Shown here: piece after piece, positions 7,772 to 17,530 of the stretch
How the letters are laid out: the number at the start of each line of letters is the position of its first letter
Position numbering within the stretch: the first letter of the stretch is position 1
IMG/VR virus record: IMGVR_UViG_3300009085_000002
Coordinates: 1-64,000 of that record
Reading direction: 5' to 3' (one strand)
Length of the DNA stretch: 64,000 nucleotides
From: a virus
The notes under the pieces: model-generated
The model's input: the letters and a program-made list of their open reading frames with translations, nothing else
Told to the model about the DNA's origin: nothing
Database searches by the model: none
Program-made: the position numbers and the translations under genes

Positions 7772-8246
7772 ATATTATACTCCTAATATAACTGAATTCT
7801 ATGTAGGATTTGAATGCGAATTCTTTAATAATCAGCAAGATAAGATATGGAAGAAGGAGATATGTGATGAAGATGCTGTTTCAATTGCATATACCACATA
7901 TGAGCACGGTACTTCTGAATGGGAAGATAATATAACTAAAGTATTTAGAGTTAAATACTTAGATAAAGAAGATATAGAAAGTTTAGGATTTAAACAAATA
8001 GAGTATAATAAATCTTTTAGTTCTTCTTGGGCAACACAGTTTGAAAAGAAAGATTACATACTTTATTTAAGTTCAATTCACATAGATTCAAATTCAAAAG
8101 CACTCTTAATAGGTATATCTATAAAAGATAAAGTTAGGTGTTTAAATAAAGATATGACTTATAAAGAAGTTTCTATATTTAGAGGATTTATTAAAAATAA
8201 ATCAGAACTTAAAGTATTATTAAGGCAGTTAAATATACGAGAATGA
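7761..8246 (+). CDS. hypothetical phage protein
   Basis: YYTPxITEFYVGFECE ... RVKYLDKEDIESLGF ... FRGFIKNKSELKVLLRQL. Confidence 0.75.
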   Translation: MENKYYTPNITEFYVGFECEFFNNQQDKIWKKEICDEDAVSIAYTTYEHGTSEWEDNITKVFRVKYLDKEDIESLGFKQIEYNKSFSSSWATQFEKKDYILYLSSIHIDSNSKALLIGISIKDKVRCLNKDMTYKEVSIFRGFIKNKSELKVLLRQLNIRE

Positions 8247-8371
8247 AATATTTATATTTTAAACATAAATTAACACAAGTAACTGGAGTTATGACAGTAG
8301 ATCCTAGAGAAGAACTTGAAGTATTAAAGCTCAAGTATAAAAATTACGACGTTAAATTATTAAATTTTTAA
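8243..8371 (+). CDS. small hypothetical protein (42 aa, not in ORF track)
   Basis: ATGA overlap with the upstream stop; MKYLYFKHKLTQVTGVMTVDPREELEVLKLKYKNYDVKLLNF* fills the gap. Confidence 0.6.
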   Translation: MKYLYFKHKLTQVTGVMTVDPREELEVLKLKYKNYDVKLLNF

Positions 8372-8374
8372 TGT

Positions 8375-8665
8375 ATGATTAAAGAATTCACATTAGGAGC
8401 AGTTAAATGGAAAGTAGAAATAAATAATAAACTTACAGATGAGAATGGGATATATGGTAGATGTATTCCAGATAGTTCTAAAATAATTCTAGCGGATAAT
8501 TATAGAAGTGTAAAAAGAACTAAAGAGTCTGTAGAAGAAACATTATATCATGAAGTTGTACATGCTATATTAAGTTCTTTAAATTATATAGATTTATATC
8601 AGGATGATTTATTTGTACAACAATTAGCAGTATTATTATATCAGTTTGATAAAACTAAGAAATAA
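8375..8665 (+). CDS. small zincin-like metallopeptidase domain protein
   Basis: ETLYHEVVHAIL (HExxH). Confidence 0.7.
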   Translation: MIKEFTLGAVKWKVEINNKLTDENGIYGRCIPDSSKIILADNYRSVKRTKESVEETLYHEVVHAILSSLNYIDLYQDDLFVQQLAVLLYQFDKTKK

Positions 8666-9594
8666 TGAATATAATACAAATAGTAGATAGTTTTAAACAA
8701 AAGCCTTATCTTATAAGAATGGGTAAGTCTAAGATATCTAAAATACTTAATTGTACTGAAGAAGATGTAGTTAAAGCTAGAAAAATTATTAAAAATAAAC
8801 AAACTAATCGTGCAATAAATATGGTAAAGGCACGATCACCAAAAGCAAAAATATTATTATTTGATTTAGAAACTTCTCCAATAACAGCTTATGTATGGAA
8901 GACTATAAAAGAATTTATACAACCAGAACAAATAATAAGAGATTGGACCATATTAACTTATTCAGCTAAATGGTTAAATGAAGATAAAATATTTAGCGGC
9001 ACTGCAAAAAATGAAAAAGATTTTAATGATTATAACTTAGTTAAAGAAATGTGGTACTTACTAGATGAAGCTGATATAATTATAGCCCATAATTGTAATA
9101 GGTTTGATAGAAAAAGAATAAATGCCAGATTTTTATTTCATGGTCTAACTCCACCTAGTCCTTATAAAGTTATAGATACTTTAGAGATTGCTAAGCATAA
9201 TATAGGAACTACTTATGGTAAATTGGATTTTTTAGCTAAATATATAGGTAATGAAGGTAAGATGGAACATGAAGGTTTCTTATTATGGAGAAAATGTATG
9301 GAAGGAGATCTTGTTGCATGGGATACAATGTCAGAATATAATAAAAAAGATGTAATTGAATTAGAAAAATTATATTTAACTCTAAGACCTTGGGATAGTA
9401 GACATCCTAACTTAGGAGTATTTAAAGAAGATCCTAATATGTGTTGTACTAAATGTGGTTCTAAAAATTTAGAATATATGAAGGATGTTTATACTAATAC
9501 ACGTGTATATAAATTATATAAATGTAATGATTGTCATGGATGGAGTAGGAGTAGAACTGGACAAAATAAAACTAAAGCATTAATAACACAATAA
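8665..9594 (+). CDS. DnaQ/RNase H-like 3'-5' exonuclease with C-terminal Zn ribbon
   Basis: ILLFDLETSP (ExoI), AHNCNRFD (ExoII), YNKKDV (ExoIII), CTKCGS...CNDC. Confidence 0.85.
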   Translation: MNIIQIVDSFKQKPYLIRMGKSKISKILNCTEEDVVKARKIIKNKQTNRAINMVKARSPKAKILLFDLETSPITAYVWKTIKEFIQPEQIIRDWTILTYSAKWLNEDKIFSGTAKNEKDFNDYNLVKEMWYLLDEADIIIAHNCNRFDRKRINARFLFHGLTPPSPYKVIDTLEIAKHNIGTTYGKLDFLAKYIGNEGKMEHEGFLLWRKCMEGDLVAWDTMSEYNKKDVIELEKLYLTLRPWDSRHPNLGVFKEDPNMCCTKCGSKNLEYMKDVYTNTRVYKLYKCNDCHGWSRSRTGQNKTKALITQ

Positions 9595-9604
9595 ATTATA
9601 AATT

Positions 9605-9919
9605 ATGCAAAACGAAGAATTAAAACAAGAAGATGTAATTAAAGAAGAAGTTAAAATTGAAAAAACTGAAAAAGATAAGAATAATAGAATTAAAGAAGCT
9701 AAAATTAAATTAGAACATTATAAAAATTTTCTAAAAACAGAGTTTAATTTTTTAGATTTAGAAAATAAATTTTTAAAAGCTAAGATAGATAATCACTTCT
9801 TAACTCAGAAATATAATGAAATATTTAAGCCTAAATCAACTATTGAACCTATAGTTGAAAAGATGGAAGAAGATAAAGAAGAGCCTTCAGTAAAAAATAT
9901 GAATGGTGAAACTATCTAA
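9605..9919 (+). CDS. hypothetical charged coiled-coil protein
   Basis: 104-aa E/K-rich ORF. Confidence 0.7.
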   Translation: MQNEELKQEDVIKEEVKIEKTEKDKNNRIKEAKIKLEHYKNFLKTEFNFLDLENKFLKAKIDNHFLTQKYNEIFKPKSTIEPIVEKMEEDKEEPSVKNMNGETI

Positions 9920-9964
9920 TTATTAAATGGTTAAATATAAAGTTCTTTGATTTATAAAAATAAA

Positions 9965-9996
9965 TTTGCTTTTTGAGTTATTTTTTATTACTTTTG
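9965..9996 (+). promoter_or_regulatory. Bacteroidota primary-sigma promoter
   Basis: TTTG-N20-TACTTTTG. Confidence 0.8.
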
Positions 9997-10000
9997 TTAA

Positions 10001-10348
10001 GTGATCTTGCTACCCCTCAGATTTTAGAGTAGTAACCTAAAAGGAAAGGGAGAAGTAGATTTGTAAGGATAAGAACTCCAAAAGAGTACACTTCATTGAC
10101 AAGTAAGATACTATCCTGAGATAATCTATAGTCACAAAAAGTTCTTAAATATAATAGTTAGGTAAATGGGGATTCAAGCTTAAGGGTAAAGGAGCTTCCC
10201 TAATTGGACTTCACATCCAATTTTCAGTGATGATAATTTGATTAGTTAATGACTATGAGATAACGTACGGCCTAATTAGAAGTTTTAAGAATGCTTATTA
10301 GAACAAGAGTAGTAAAAGTCTCTAGGGGTTTACTTATGTTCTTTTTTT
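10001..10348 (+). ncRNA. putative ~350-nt structured non-coding RNA
   Basis: No long ORF, relatively GC-rich; bounded by a consensus promoter and a terminator-like hairpin (AGAACA/TGTTCT + T-run); many internal complementary segments. Confidence 0.6.
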
Positions 10349-10426
10349 ATTAGGTATTAATTAGTTAAGAACCTAATTATTAGAATATAATAGTAAAGTT
10401 GCGTTACATATATTCAGATAACAACT

Positions 10427-10807
10427 ATGGCAGAAAATAAAAAATTGAAAACTATTGACATAGTTGCTAAAGATCATAAAGAGGTTTTTGACAACTATGT
10501 AAGATTTATTGTAAAACCAATATATAATTTAACTGAGAGAGAAGCTGAAGTGGCTTCTCTTTTATTATACATGTTTAATGTAGAAATTAGTAAAGGTGAA
10601 AGTATAAAGGCAGCAATGTTATTTGTATTTCATCCTGATTCTAAATTAAAGATTATAGAAGAATTAAAAATAACAGAATATACTTTAAATAATATTTTTT
10701 CTACTTTAAGAAAGAAGAAATTTATAAAAGAAAAAGAAATTGAGAATATTAATTTAATTTATGATCCTTCTAAATACAAAGGAATAACATTATATATAAA
10801 TGAATAA
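10427..10807 (+). CDS. winged-HTH-like DNA-binding protein
   Basis: LTEREAEV...IIEELKITEYTLNNIFSTLRKKKFI pattern. Confidence 0.6.
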   Translation: MAENKKLKTIDIVAKDHKEVFDNYVRFIVKPIYNLTEREAEVASLLLYMFNVEISKGESIKAAMLFVFHPDSKLKIIEELKITEYTLNNIFSTLRKKKFIKEKEIENINLIYDPSKYKGITLYINE

Positions 10808-10982
10808 GACTTTACCTAATAATATATATGTAGAATCTGATCTTGGTACATTTTTAGAAACTTCTATAAATATTCTTTTACAATTAGAAGATAATGAGAA
10901 TATTAAGACAGACAGTACTATTTATATAGGTAAAGAATATAATATATTAACATTTAATTCTTATGTTGTACAAACTAGTTAA
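10800..10982 (+). CDS. hypothetical protein
   Basis: 60-aa coupled ORF. Confidence 0.6.
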   Translation: MNKTLPNNIYVESDLGTFLETSINILLQLEDNENIKTDSTIYIGKEYNILTFNSYVVQTS

Positions 10983-11223
10983 AAGTGAAGTAGATAAAAT
11001 AGCAAAAGCTAAAAAAATACCTAAGAGCTATTTGATGGATATTTTTGAAACTCCTTTTGAGTTGGCTGCACAAATTATAAAACAAGGTCCAGATGAGAAG
11101 GGTAAGTTTAAAAATATAAGAATACCTGGATTTTGTTTATTTTATGTTTCTAAGAGAAAACAAGAAAGTTATTTAAGAAGATTAGAAGAAAAATTACAAT
11201 ATGAGTCTAATAAAAAACTTTAA
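10963..11223 (+). CDS. HU/IHF-like DNA-binding protein
   Basis: IAKAKKIPKS helix followed by NIRIPGFCLFYVSKRK, resembling the HU V.I.GFG.F motif. Confidence 0.6.
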   Translation: MLYKLVKSEVDKIAKAKKIPKSYLMDIFETPFELAAQIIKQGPDEKGKFKNIRIPGFCLFYVSKRKQESYLRRLEEKLQYESNKKL

Positions 11224-11737
11224 CATACAAGATAATTTTTGGGAATATAATCAACAATTATCTATTATAGGATCCATTAGTGAACTTTATAATAAAGATA
11301 AAAGTCCACATAAACAAGATAGTTCTAAGATTATGTGGGCTATAGTAATGTTAATAGATATAAATTCTTCAAATAAATATAGAACTTTATCAGAAGAAGA
11401 TAGAAAGAAATTAATAATTACAGATTATTTAAAGAATCCTAAATTTAAATGGGAAGATTATAAAGATATAATTAATGATTATAAGAAATTAGCATTATCT
11501 CCAGAAGAAAGAAGACTTATGGAACATGATATAAAAATGGAAGAGAGGTCTACATTTATAAAAAATACTAAATATAGCTTAGATACTGCTAATTTATTAG
11601 ATAATATGGAAAAGAATAGGGTATTATTAGGAAAAATTAGAAAAGAATTAGTAGAATTAGCAACAGAAAAAGATGGAAATTCTATGAGTGTAAGAGGAGA
11701 TAAAAAATTATCAGCTAGGGAACAAGGTATAATATAA
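11201..11737 (+). CDS. conserved protein upstream of TerL, candidate terminase small subunit
   Basis: Position immediately 5' of TerL; helical 178-aa protein. Confidence 0.45.
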   Translation: MSLIKNFNIQDNFWEYNQQLSIIGSISELYNKDKSPHKQDSSKIMWAIVMLIDINSSNKYRTLSEEDRKKLIITDYLKNPKFKWEDYKDIINDYKKLALSPEERRLMEHDIKMEERSTFIKNTKYSLDTANLLDNMEKNRVLLGKIRKELVELATEKDGNSMSVRGDKKLSAREQGII

Positions 11738-11738
11738 T

Positions 11739-14700
11739 ATGAGCTTATTTATAAGAATAAATAATAGAAAAAACTTTTTACTTAAAGAAATTCCTTCTTT
11801 ACATCCAGATAGTATGGCTTATATAGAATATTGGGGAGAACAAACTAAAAGGTGTATAGAAGGTTTTTGGGGAATAGATGATAATAATATACCTTGTAAT
11901 ATAGGAGAAGTTGGTTGGGATAAAGATATAAATTCTAGTAGTTGGAGATTTATACCACCTGTTCTTTATTTTTATATTAATTTTGGAACTATTTTACATA
12001 AACCAGAAGATGCTCCTAAATCTGAGCCACAACAAAAGATGAAACCATTATTAAGAGATTTTGATTGGGAATTTCATTATAATTGGATAGAAGCTAGAGG
12101 ATTCTCTGGATTTGAAGAAGATGAAGAATATACTTGTTTAGAAGATGTATTAGAATGGAAGTTAGGAAGATTAACTAAGAAAAATATACATAAGTCTGCT
12201 TTTAATAAAGATCACAAATTAAAGGAGTATGTACCTACCAGAGAATATATAAGAAGATTGTTTAATAAACCTATGGGTACGCCTATATATCAAAATGAAC
12301 CTAAGAGCTTCTTTGTATTATCTTCACGTGGTGGTGGTAAGTGCCTAAAAAACAGTGAATTAGTATATTATAAAGATAGGGTTGGAACTATTGGAGAAGT
12401 TAAAGCAGGAGATGAAATATATGGATCTGATGGTAAATTAACTGTAGTTACTAATGTATACCCTCAGCCAAAAAAAGTATTATATAAACTACAATTAAGA
12501 GATGGTAGAGAAATTATTTGTTGCGAGGAACACATATGGAAAGTTTTTGATAAATCTAATAGAAAGTTTTTAAATTTAAAATTAAAAGATTTTAAAGATT
12601 CCTATTATAATATAAGAATAGATTCTAAGCATAGAGAGAAATATAAAGAAGCTAAATATGTAAAGGAATTTAAATATGCTATACCAAATAGTATAGGCGT
12701 AGACTTTTCTGAAAAAATACTTCCTATAGACCCATATACTTTAGGTTTATTATTAGGAGATGGGTGTATAACTAATAATTATTATTCTATTAAATTTACT
12801 ACAGGAGATAGTCAACTAGTAAATTGGTTAAAAAATAAGTATCCTGATAAAATATCTATTTATAATAAAGGAAAAAATTATGAATTAACTTTTAGAGGTT
12901 CATTTCTAAATAAAGAATTAACTTGTTTAAACTTATTAGGTACTTACTCTAATACTAAATTTATTCCTAATATATACTTATATAGTAGTAGAGAACAAAG
13001 ATTAGAGTTATTAAGAGGATTAATGGATACAGATGGATTTGCAGATTCTAGACATACGGAATATTATACAACTTCTAGTAAGTTAGCAGATAATGTAGTA
13101 TTTTTGTTACAAAGTTTAGGCATACAATGTAAAAAATCTATTAAAGAGAGTAGTTATAAAGATAAGAATAATAATAAAGTAAAATGTAAGGATTGTTATA
13201 GAATTAGCCTATACACAGATAAAAAAATATTTAATTTAGATAGAAAACAGTCTAAAGTTCAGAAATTATCTAAGACTTCTAAATCTAAATTAGAAAAATC
13301 TTTTATAACTAGTATTGAATATTATGGAGAAGATTATTCTACTTGTATAAAAGTAAGTAATAAGGATCATTTATTCTTAACAACAGGATTTACTATTACA
13401 CATAATTCTTATGATGGTGCAGCTTGTGATGCACATGAACTCTTATTTGATGGATTGAAAAAGTATATACCAGGAACTATTTCTAAAACTGTTGTTAGTA
13501 TTGTAGTAGGTGCATCTATTGGAGATAAATCTTCTGAAACTATAGAAAAAATAGTAACAATGTTTGAAAATTTACCTGGTGGTTGGAAAGAAAATACTAT
13601 AGAGGCTAGACCAAGCCCATTTGCTAAGATAATGGTAGGTTCTACTAAACCTAATAATGGAGATAGTCCTTGGAGAAATGAAATACCTGTTAATGTTGGT
13701 GGTATTGATAAAGTTATGGGTTCTGGATGTAAATTAAAACATGTTATTTTTACTAGTAATAATCCTCAAGCTGCTGCTGGAGGTAGAAATACTATTATAC
13801 ATGTAGAAGAAGTTGGTTTATGCCATAATTTATTAGATGTACATGGATCTAATGAAGCAAATCAATTTATAGACCATTATATAGGAAGTTCTTTATATAC
13901 TGGCACTGGAGGTAATGTTGATAAAATTATGGAATCAGAGAAGATATTTAGAAATCCTAAAGATTATAGAATGCTTGCATTTGATGATATATGGGAGAAT
14001 ATGGGTAGTATAGGATGGTTTGTTCCTGCAACACATACTAATAATAAATTCAAAGATGAGAATGGAAATACTGATGAAGAAGAAGCTATGGCTTTCTATG
14101 AGAAAAGAAGAGAAGATAAAAGAAAGTCTGTAGACTCTAAAGCATTAGAATATGAAATGATGAATTATCCTCTTATTCCTTCAGAAATGTTCTTATCTAC
14201 CAAATCAAATAGATTTCCTTTAAATATACTTAGATTAAGAAAGTCTGAATTAATATCTACCGAATTATCTAAAGGTTTAGGTATGACTGGATTTTTTGAA
14301 GAAGAAGAGGGAGAATCTGTATGGAATCCTACTCTAGATGTAGTTCCAATTAGAGAATTTCCATTATCTAGAACTTCTAATAGTACAGGTTGTATTGAAA
14401 TGTGGGAATTACCTAAGAAAGATAATGATGACGAAATAATTAGAGGAAGATATATTGCAGCTTTAGACCCTGTAGATGATGATGAAGAAAATACTATAGG
14501 GACTAAAAGATCTCTACAATCTTTTTGGATATTAGATCTATGGACAGATAGATTAGTTTTAGAATATACTGGTAGAACTGAGTTTGCAGAAGATTTTTAT
14601 TCACAGTGTTTATTAGCTACTTTATTTTATAAAGCTACAATACTATATGAGAATCAAAAGAAAGGATTCTTTACTTTTATGGATAAAATGAATTATCTTA

Positions 14701-15107
14701 GTTTATTAGAAGATAATCCAAAACAACTACAAAGTACTGAAGATTTAGGTATAGGTAAAATTAAAAATACTAAAAAGGGAGCTTATTTAACAGGACATTT
14801 AAAAAATTGGGGTTTAGAAATGTTAAATGAGTATTTAAGAAAAACTGCATACGGAGAAGAATCTAAGACAAATGCAACTAAATTAAAATCTTTAGGGCTA
14901 GTTTTAGAATTATTATCTTATGGACCTAAAGTAAATGTAGATAGAATTTCCTCATTAATAATACTAATGATATATAGGAATTTAAAAGAGAAAGAAGTTT
15001 TAGAAAGTAAAACTAGAAAAGTAAAAGCTTATGTAAAAGATCCTTTTATAGAAAGAAATTATGGTAAATTTGAAATATTTGATAAAAAGAATATATGGAC
15101 AATATGA
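11739..15107 (+). CDS. terL: terminase large subunit (intein-containing)
   Basis: Walker A SSRGGGK|S, Walker B IIHVEEVG, nuclease ALDPVD and ILYENQK motifs; precedes portal. Confidence 0.93.
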   Translation: MSLFIRINNRKNFLLKEIPSLHPDSMAYIEYWGEQTKRCIEGFWGIDDNNIPCNIGEVGWDKDINSSSWRFIPPVLYFYINFGTILHKPEDAPKSEPQQKMKPLLRDFDWEFHYNWIEARGFSGFEEDEEYTCLEDVLEWKLGRLTKKNIHKSAFNKDHKLKEYVPTREYIRRLFNKPMGTPIYQNEPKSFFVLSSRGGGKCLKNSELVYYKDRVGTIGEVKAGDEIYGSDGKLTVVTNVYPQPKKVLYKLQLRDGREIICCEEHIWKVFDKSNRKFLNLKLKDFKDSYYNIRIDSKHREKYKEAKYVKEFKYAIPNSIGVDFSEKILPIDPYTLGLLLGDGCITNNYYSIKFTTGDSQLVNWLKNKYPDKISIYNKGKNYELTFRGSFLNKELTCLNLLGTYSNTKFIPNIYLYSSREQRLELLRGLMDTDGFADSRHTEYYTTSSKLADNVVFLLQSLGIQCKKSIKESSYKDKNNNKVKCKDCYRISLYTDKKIFNLDRKQSKVQKLSKTSKSKLEKSFITSIEYYGEDYSTCIKVSNKDHLFLTTGFTITHNSYDGAACDAHELLFDGLKKYIPGTISKTVVSIVVGASIGDKSSETIEKIVTMFENLPGGWKENTIEARPSPFAKIMVGSTKPNNGDSPWRNEIPVNVGGIDKVMGSGCKLKHVIFTSNNPQAAAGGRNTIIHVEEVGLCHNLLDVHGSNEANQFIDHYIGSSLYTGTGGNVDKIMESEKIFRNPKDYRMLAFDDIWENMGSIGWFVPATHTNNKFKDENGNTDEEEAMAFYEKRREDKRKSVDSKALEYEMMNYPLIPSEMFLSTKSNRFPLNILRLRKSELISTELSKGLGMTGFFEEEEGESVWNPTLDVVPIREFPLSRTSNSTGCIEMWELPKKDNDDEIIRGRYIAALDPVDDDEENTIGTKRSLQSFWILDLWTDRLVLEYTGRTEFAEDFYSQCLLATLFYKATILYENQKKGFFTFMDKMNYLSLLEDNPKQLQSTEDLGIGKIKNTKKGAYLTGHLKNWGLEMLNEYLRKTAYGEESKTNATKLKSLGLVLELLSYGPKVNVDRISSLIILMIYRNLKEKEVLESKTRKVKAYVKDPFIERNYGKFEIFDKKNIWTI
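12342..13406 (+). mobile_element. 355-aa intein with LAGLIDADG homing endonuclease
   Basis: Begins CLKNSELV after GGGK; block B CCEEHIW; LGLLLGDG and LRGLMDTDG motifs; ends ITHN before +1 Ser. Confidence 0.95.
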
Positions 15108-17452
15108 TAAAATCCTTACCTTCACAAAAGAAGTTAAGAAAACAAAGAACAACTCCATGGTGGAAGGAGTCTATAGATGCCTGTATACAACTAGCTATTG
15201 ATAATTATAGTGCAAATGGAATTAGAGATAATATGATTTCTAATTATTATTTATGGGCTAGCCAATTAGATACGGATGATATAGAAAGAACTTTAAATCC
15301 ATTTAATATTAGAGGTGCTAATTTTCCAGCTAAACCCCAACATTATCCTATAGGTAACCAGAAATTAGCTACTTTAATAGGAGAAGAAAAAGAAAGAAAC
15401 TTTTCTATAAGAGCTTTTGTATCAAACCCTGAAGCTGTCTCTGAGAAGGAAAAAAGAATAATGGATGATGTAATAGATAAATTATTAATCTATACTAATC
15501 CTAATATTACTAAAGATTTAGACGAAAGAAAACTAAAAGAAGCTTTAGATAAATTATCAAAATGGAAAAATTATGATGCACAAGATATAAGAGAAAAATT
15601 TGCCAACTCTATTATACAATATGCAAAAAATATTCATAATATAGATTTTATTAAAAATCAAGGATTTAAAGATTTAGCTTTAAGTGCACATGAAATTTAT
15701 AATATAGATATAATAGGTAAAAGAATTAAGTTAAGAAAATGTAATCCTTTACATATTTATACTTATGGATTAGGAGAGTCCTATAAAATAGAAGATGCAG
15801 ATATAATAGTAGAAGATTGTTATATGTCTATAGGATCTGTTATAGATGAATTTTATGAATATTTAACATCAAAAGATACTACAGATTTAGAAGAAGCTGC
15901 TGGATATGGTAAATCTCATCCTGAAAATAGTATGTTTACTGGAGAAGTAGGATCTCCTACACTTAGTCTTACTAAATATTTTAGTCCTTTGTCACCTACT
16001 AATATAGAAGAGATACCTTTTGATTTAGATAGTTTTCCATCAGAATCCTATGATAGTAAAGGTAATATAAGAGTTACAAGAGTAACTTGGAAATCCAGAA
16101 GAAAATTAAAAGTTGCAGAATATAAAAATGAAGATGGGGAGGCTGTAACTAAGATTTGGGATGAAGAATTTATTCCAGACCCTAATTTAATTGGTTTAGA
16201 GGTTAAAGAGTATTGGGTAAATGAATGGTTAGAAGCTATTAGATTAGGTGCAGATAAATATATTAGAATGAGAGTTAAGCCTATACAATTTAGATATATG
16301 GATAGTTTAATGTTAGGGGGTTCTGGCTATGTAGGAACTATTTTAAGAACTAATAATGGAATTCCTGTATCTTTGATGGATAGATTAAAACCTTTTTCTT
16401 ATATGTATGATTATATAATGATGAAATTAGAATTATTATTAGCTAGAGCACATGGGCCTGAAACTGAATTAGATTTAGCTAAGATACCTGATGGATATAC
16501 TATGGATCATATAATGTATTTTTCTCAGGTTATGGGCTATAGACTTTTAGATTCTTTTAAAGAAGGAGAAAAAGGAGCTTCTAAAAATATAATGGCTGGT
16601 AATTTTAATACTACTGGCAGAGTACTTAATCCAGACTTTAATTCTTTTGTTAGTATGTATATTAATATACTTACATTATTAGAAAATGAAATGGGAAATG
16701 TTACTGGAGTCACTAAACAAAGAGAGGGTAATGTAGGTAATAGAGAAACTATGGGTGGTATTGAAAGAGCAGTTACTCAAAGTACATATAATACAGAGGA
16801 ATTGTTTATGACTCATGAAGATACTATCAAAAGAGTCTATGATTATTTAGTTATTGCATATAAACAACTCTATATTAATGAGAAGCCTTTACATTTACAA
16901 TATGCATTAGATGATGGTACTCCTATTAGTGTTATGATAGATGGAGAACAATTTGCTTCTGCTGATTATGATACTATAGTAGGTAAAGATAGAGATGTAG
17001 ATCAAATTAAACAAATTATGAGAGAATCTGCTTCCAATATGTTACAGAGTAGAATGATTACTTTTTCTCAATTTGTTAAAACTTATAGGGATCCATCTAA
17101 TGCTTCCACTTTAAGAAAACTTGAACAGTTTGAAGAGGAACTGTTGCAAAAAGAGAAACAGTCTTCTGAAGAACAAAATAAAATTGAGATGGCAAAACTA
17201 CAAGATAAACTTGCTGATAGAGATATGATAAAATATAAAGTAGATCAAGATAATTTAACTCAATTACAGATTGCAGCAATGTCTAAAGGTAGAGATAAAG
17301 AATCTGTTCAAGAGGAGCAATTAAAAAGTGAAAGATTAGAAGCTTTAGAACTTAAAAAAATAGAATCTAAAGAAAGAATGCAAGAAAAAGAAATGAGTTC
17401 TAAAGAAAAAATAGAAGATAAAAAGGAAATTAAGAAAAAACAAAGTTCATAA
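15095..17452 (+). CDS. portal protein
   Basis: Between TerL and scaffold/MCP; crAss-type motifs (HYPI...LIGEE, WVNEWLE, SLMDRLKPFSYMYD, GVTKQREG). Confidence 0.9.
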   Translation: MDNMIKSLPSQKKLRKQRTTPWWKESIDACIQLAIDNYSANGIRDNMISNYYLWASQLDTDDIERTLNPFNIRGANFPAKPQHYPIGNQKLATLIGEEKERNFSIRAFVSNPEAVSEKEKRIMDDVIDKLLIYTNPNITKDLDERKLKEALDKLSKWKNYDAQDIREKFANSIIQYAKNIHNIDFIKNQGFKDLALSAHEIYNIDIIGKRIKLRKCNPLHIYTYGLGESYKIEDADIIVEDCYMSIGSVIDEFYEYLTSKDTTDLEEAAGYGKSHPENSMFTGEVGSPTLSLTKYFSPLSPTNIEEIPFDLDSFPSESYDSKGNIRVTRVTWKSRRKLKVAEYKNEDGEAVTKIWDEEFIPDPNLIGLEVKEYWVNEWLEAIRLGADKYIRMRVKPIQFRYMDSLMLGGSGYVGTILRTNNGIPVSLMDRLKPFSYMYDYIMMKLELLLARAHGPETELDLAKIPDGYTMDHIMYFSQVMGYRLLDSFKEGEKGASKNIMAGNFNTTGRVLNPDFNSFVSMYINILTLLENEMGNVTGVTKQREGNVGNRETMGGIERAVTQSTYNTEELFMTHEDTIKRVYDYLVIAYKQLYINEKPLHLQYALDDGTPISVMIDGEQFASADYDTIVGKDRDVDQIKQIMRESASNMLQSRMITFSQFVKTYRDPSNASTLRKLEQFEEELLQKEKQSSEEQNKIEMAKLQDKLADRDMIKYKVDQDNLTQLQIAAMSKGRDKESVQEEQLKSERLEALELKKIESKERMQEKEMSSKEKIEDKKEIKKKQSS

Positions 17453-17475
17453 TTTCTATATAAAAGTATGATTTT

Positions 17476-17507
17476 TTTGACTTGTTTTTATATATATAGT
17501 ATATTTG
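17476..17507 (+). promoter_or_regulatory. Bacteroidota primary-sigma promoter for the head operon
   Basis: TTTG-N20-TATATTTG. Confidence 0.8.
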
Positions 17508-17530
17508 TTTAACATAAAGAAAATAATTTT

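Noticed and set aside
10001-10348. tmRNA, RNase P RNA, tRNA or group I intron identity for the large ncRNA
   Set aside because: No tRNA-like ends or T-loop, no GAGGAAAGUCC, and the TAGTC/GACTA pair is in the reverse order to group I R/S with no flanking exons
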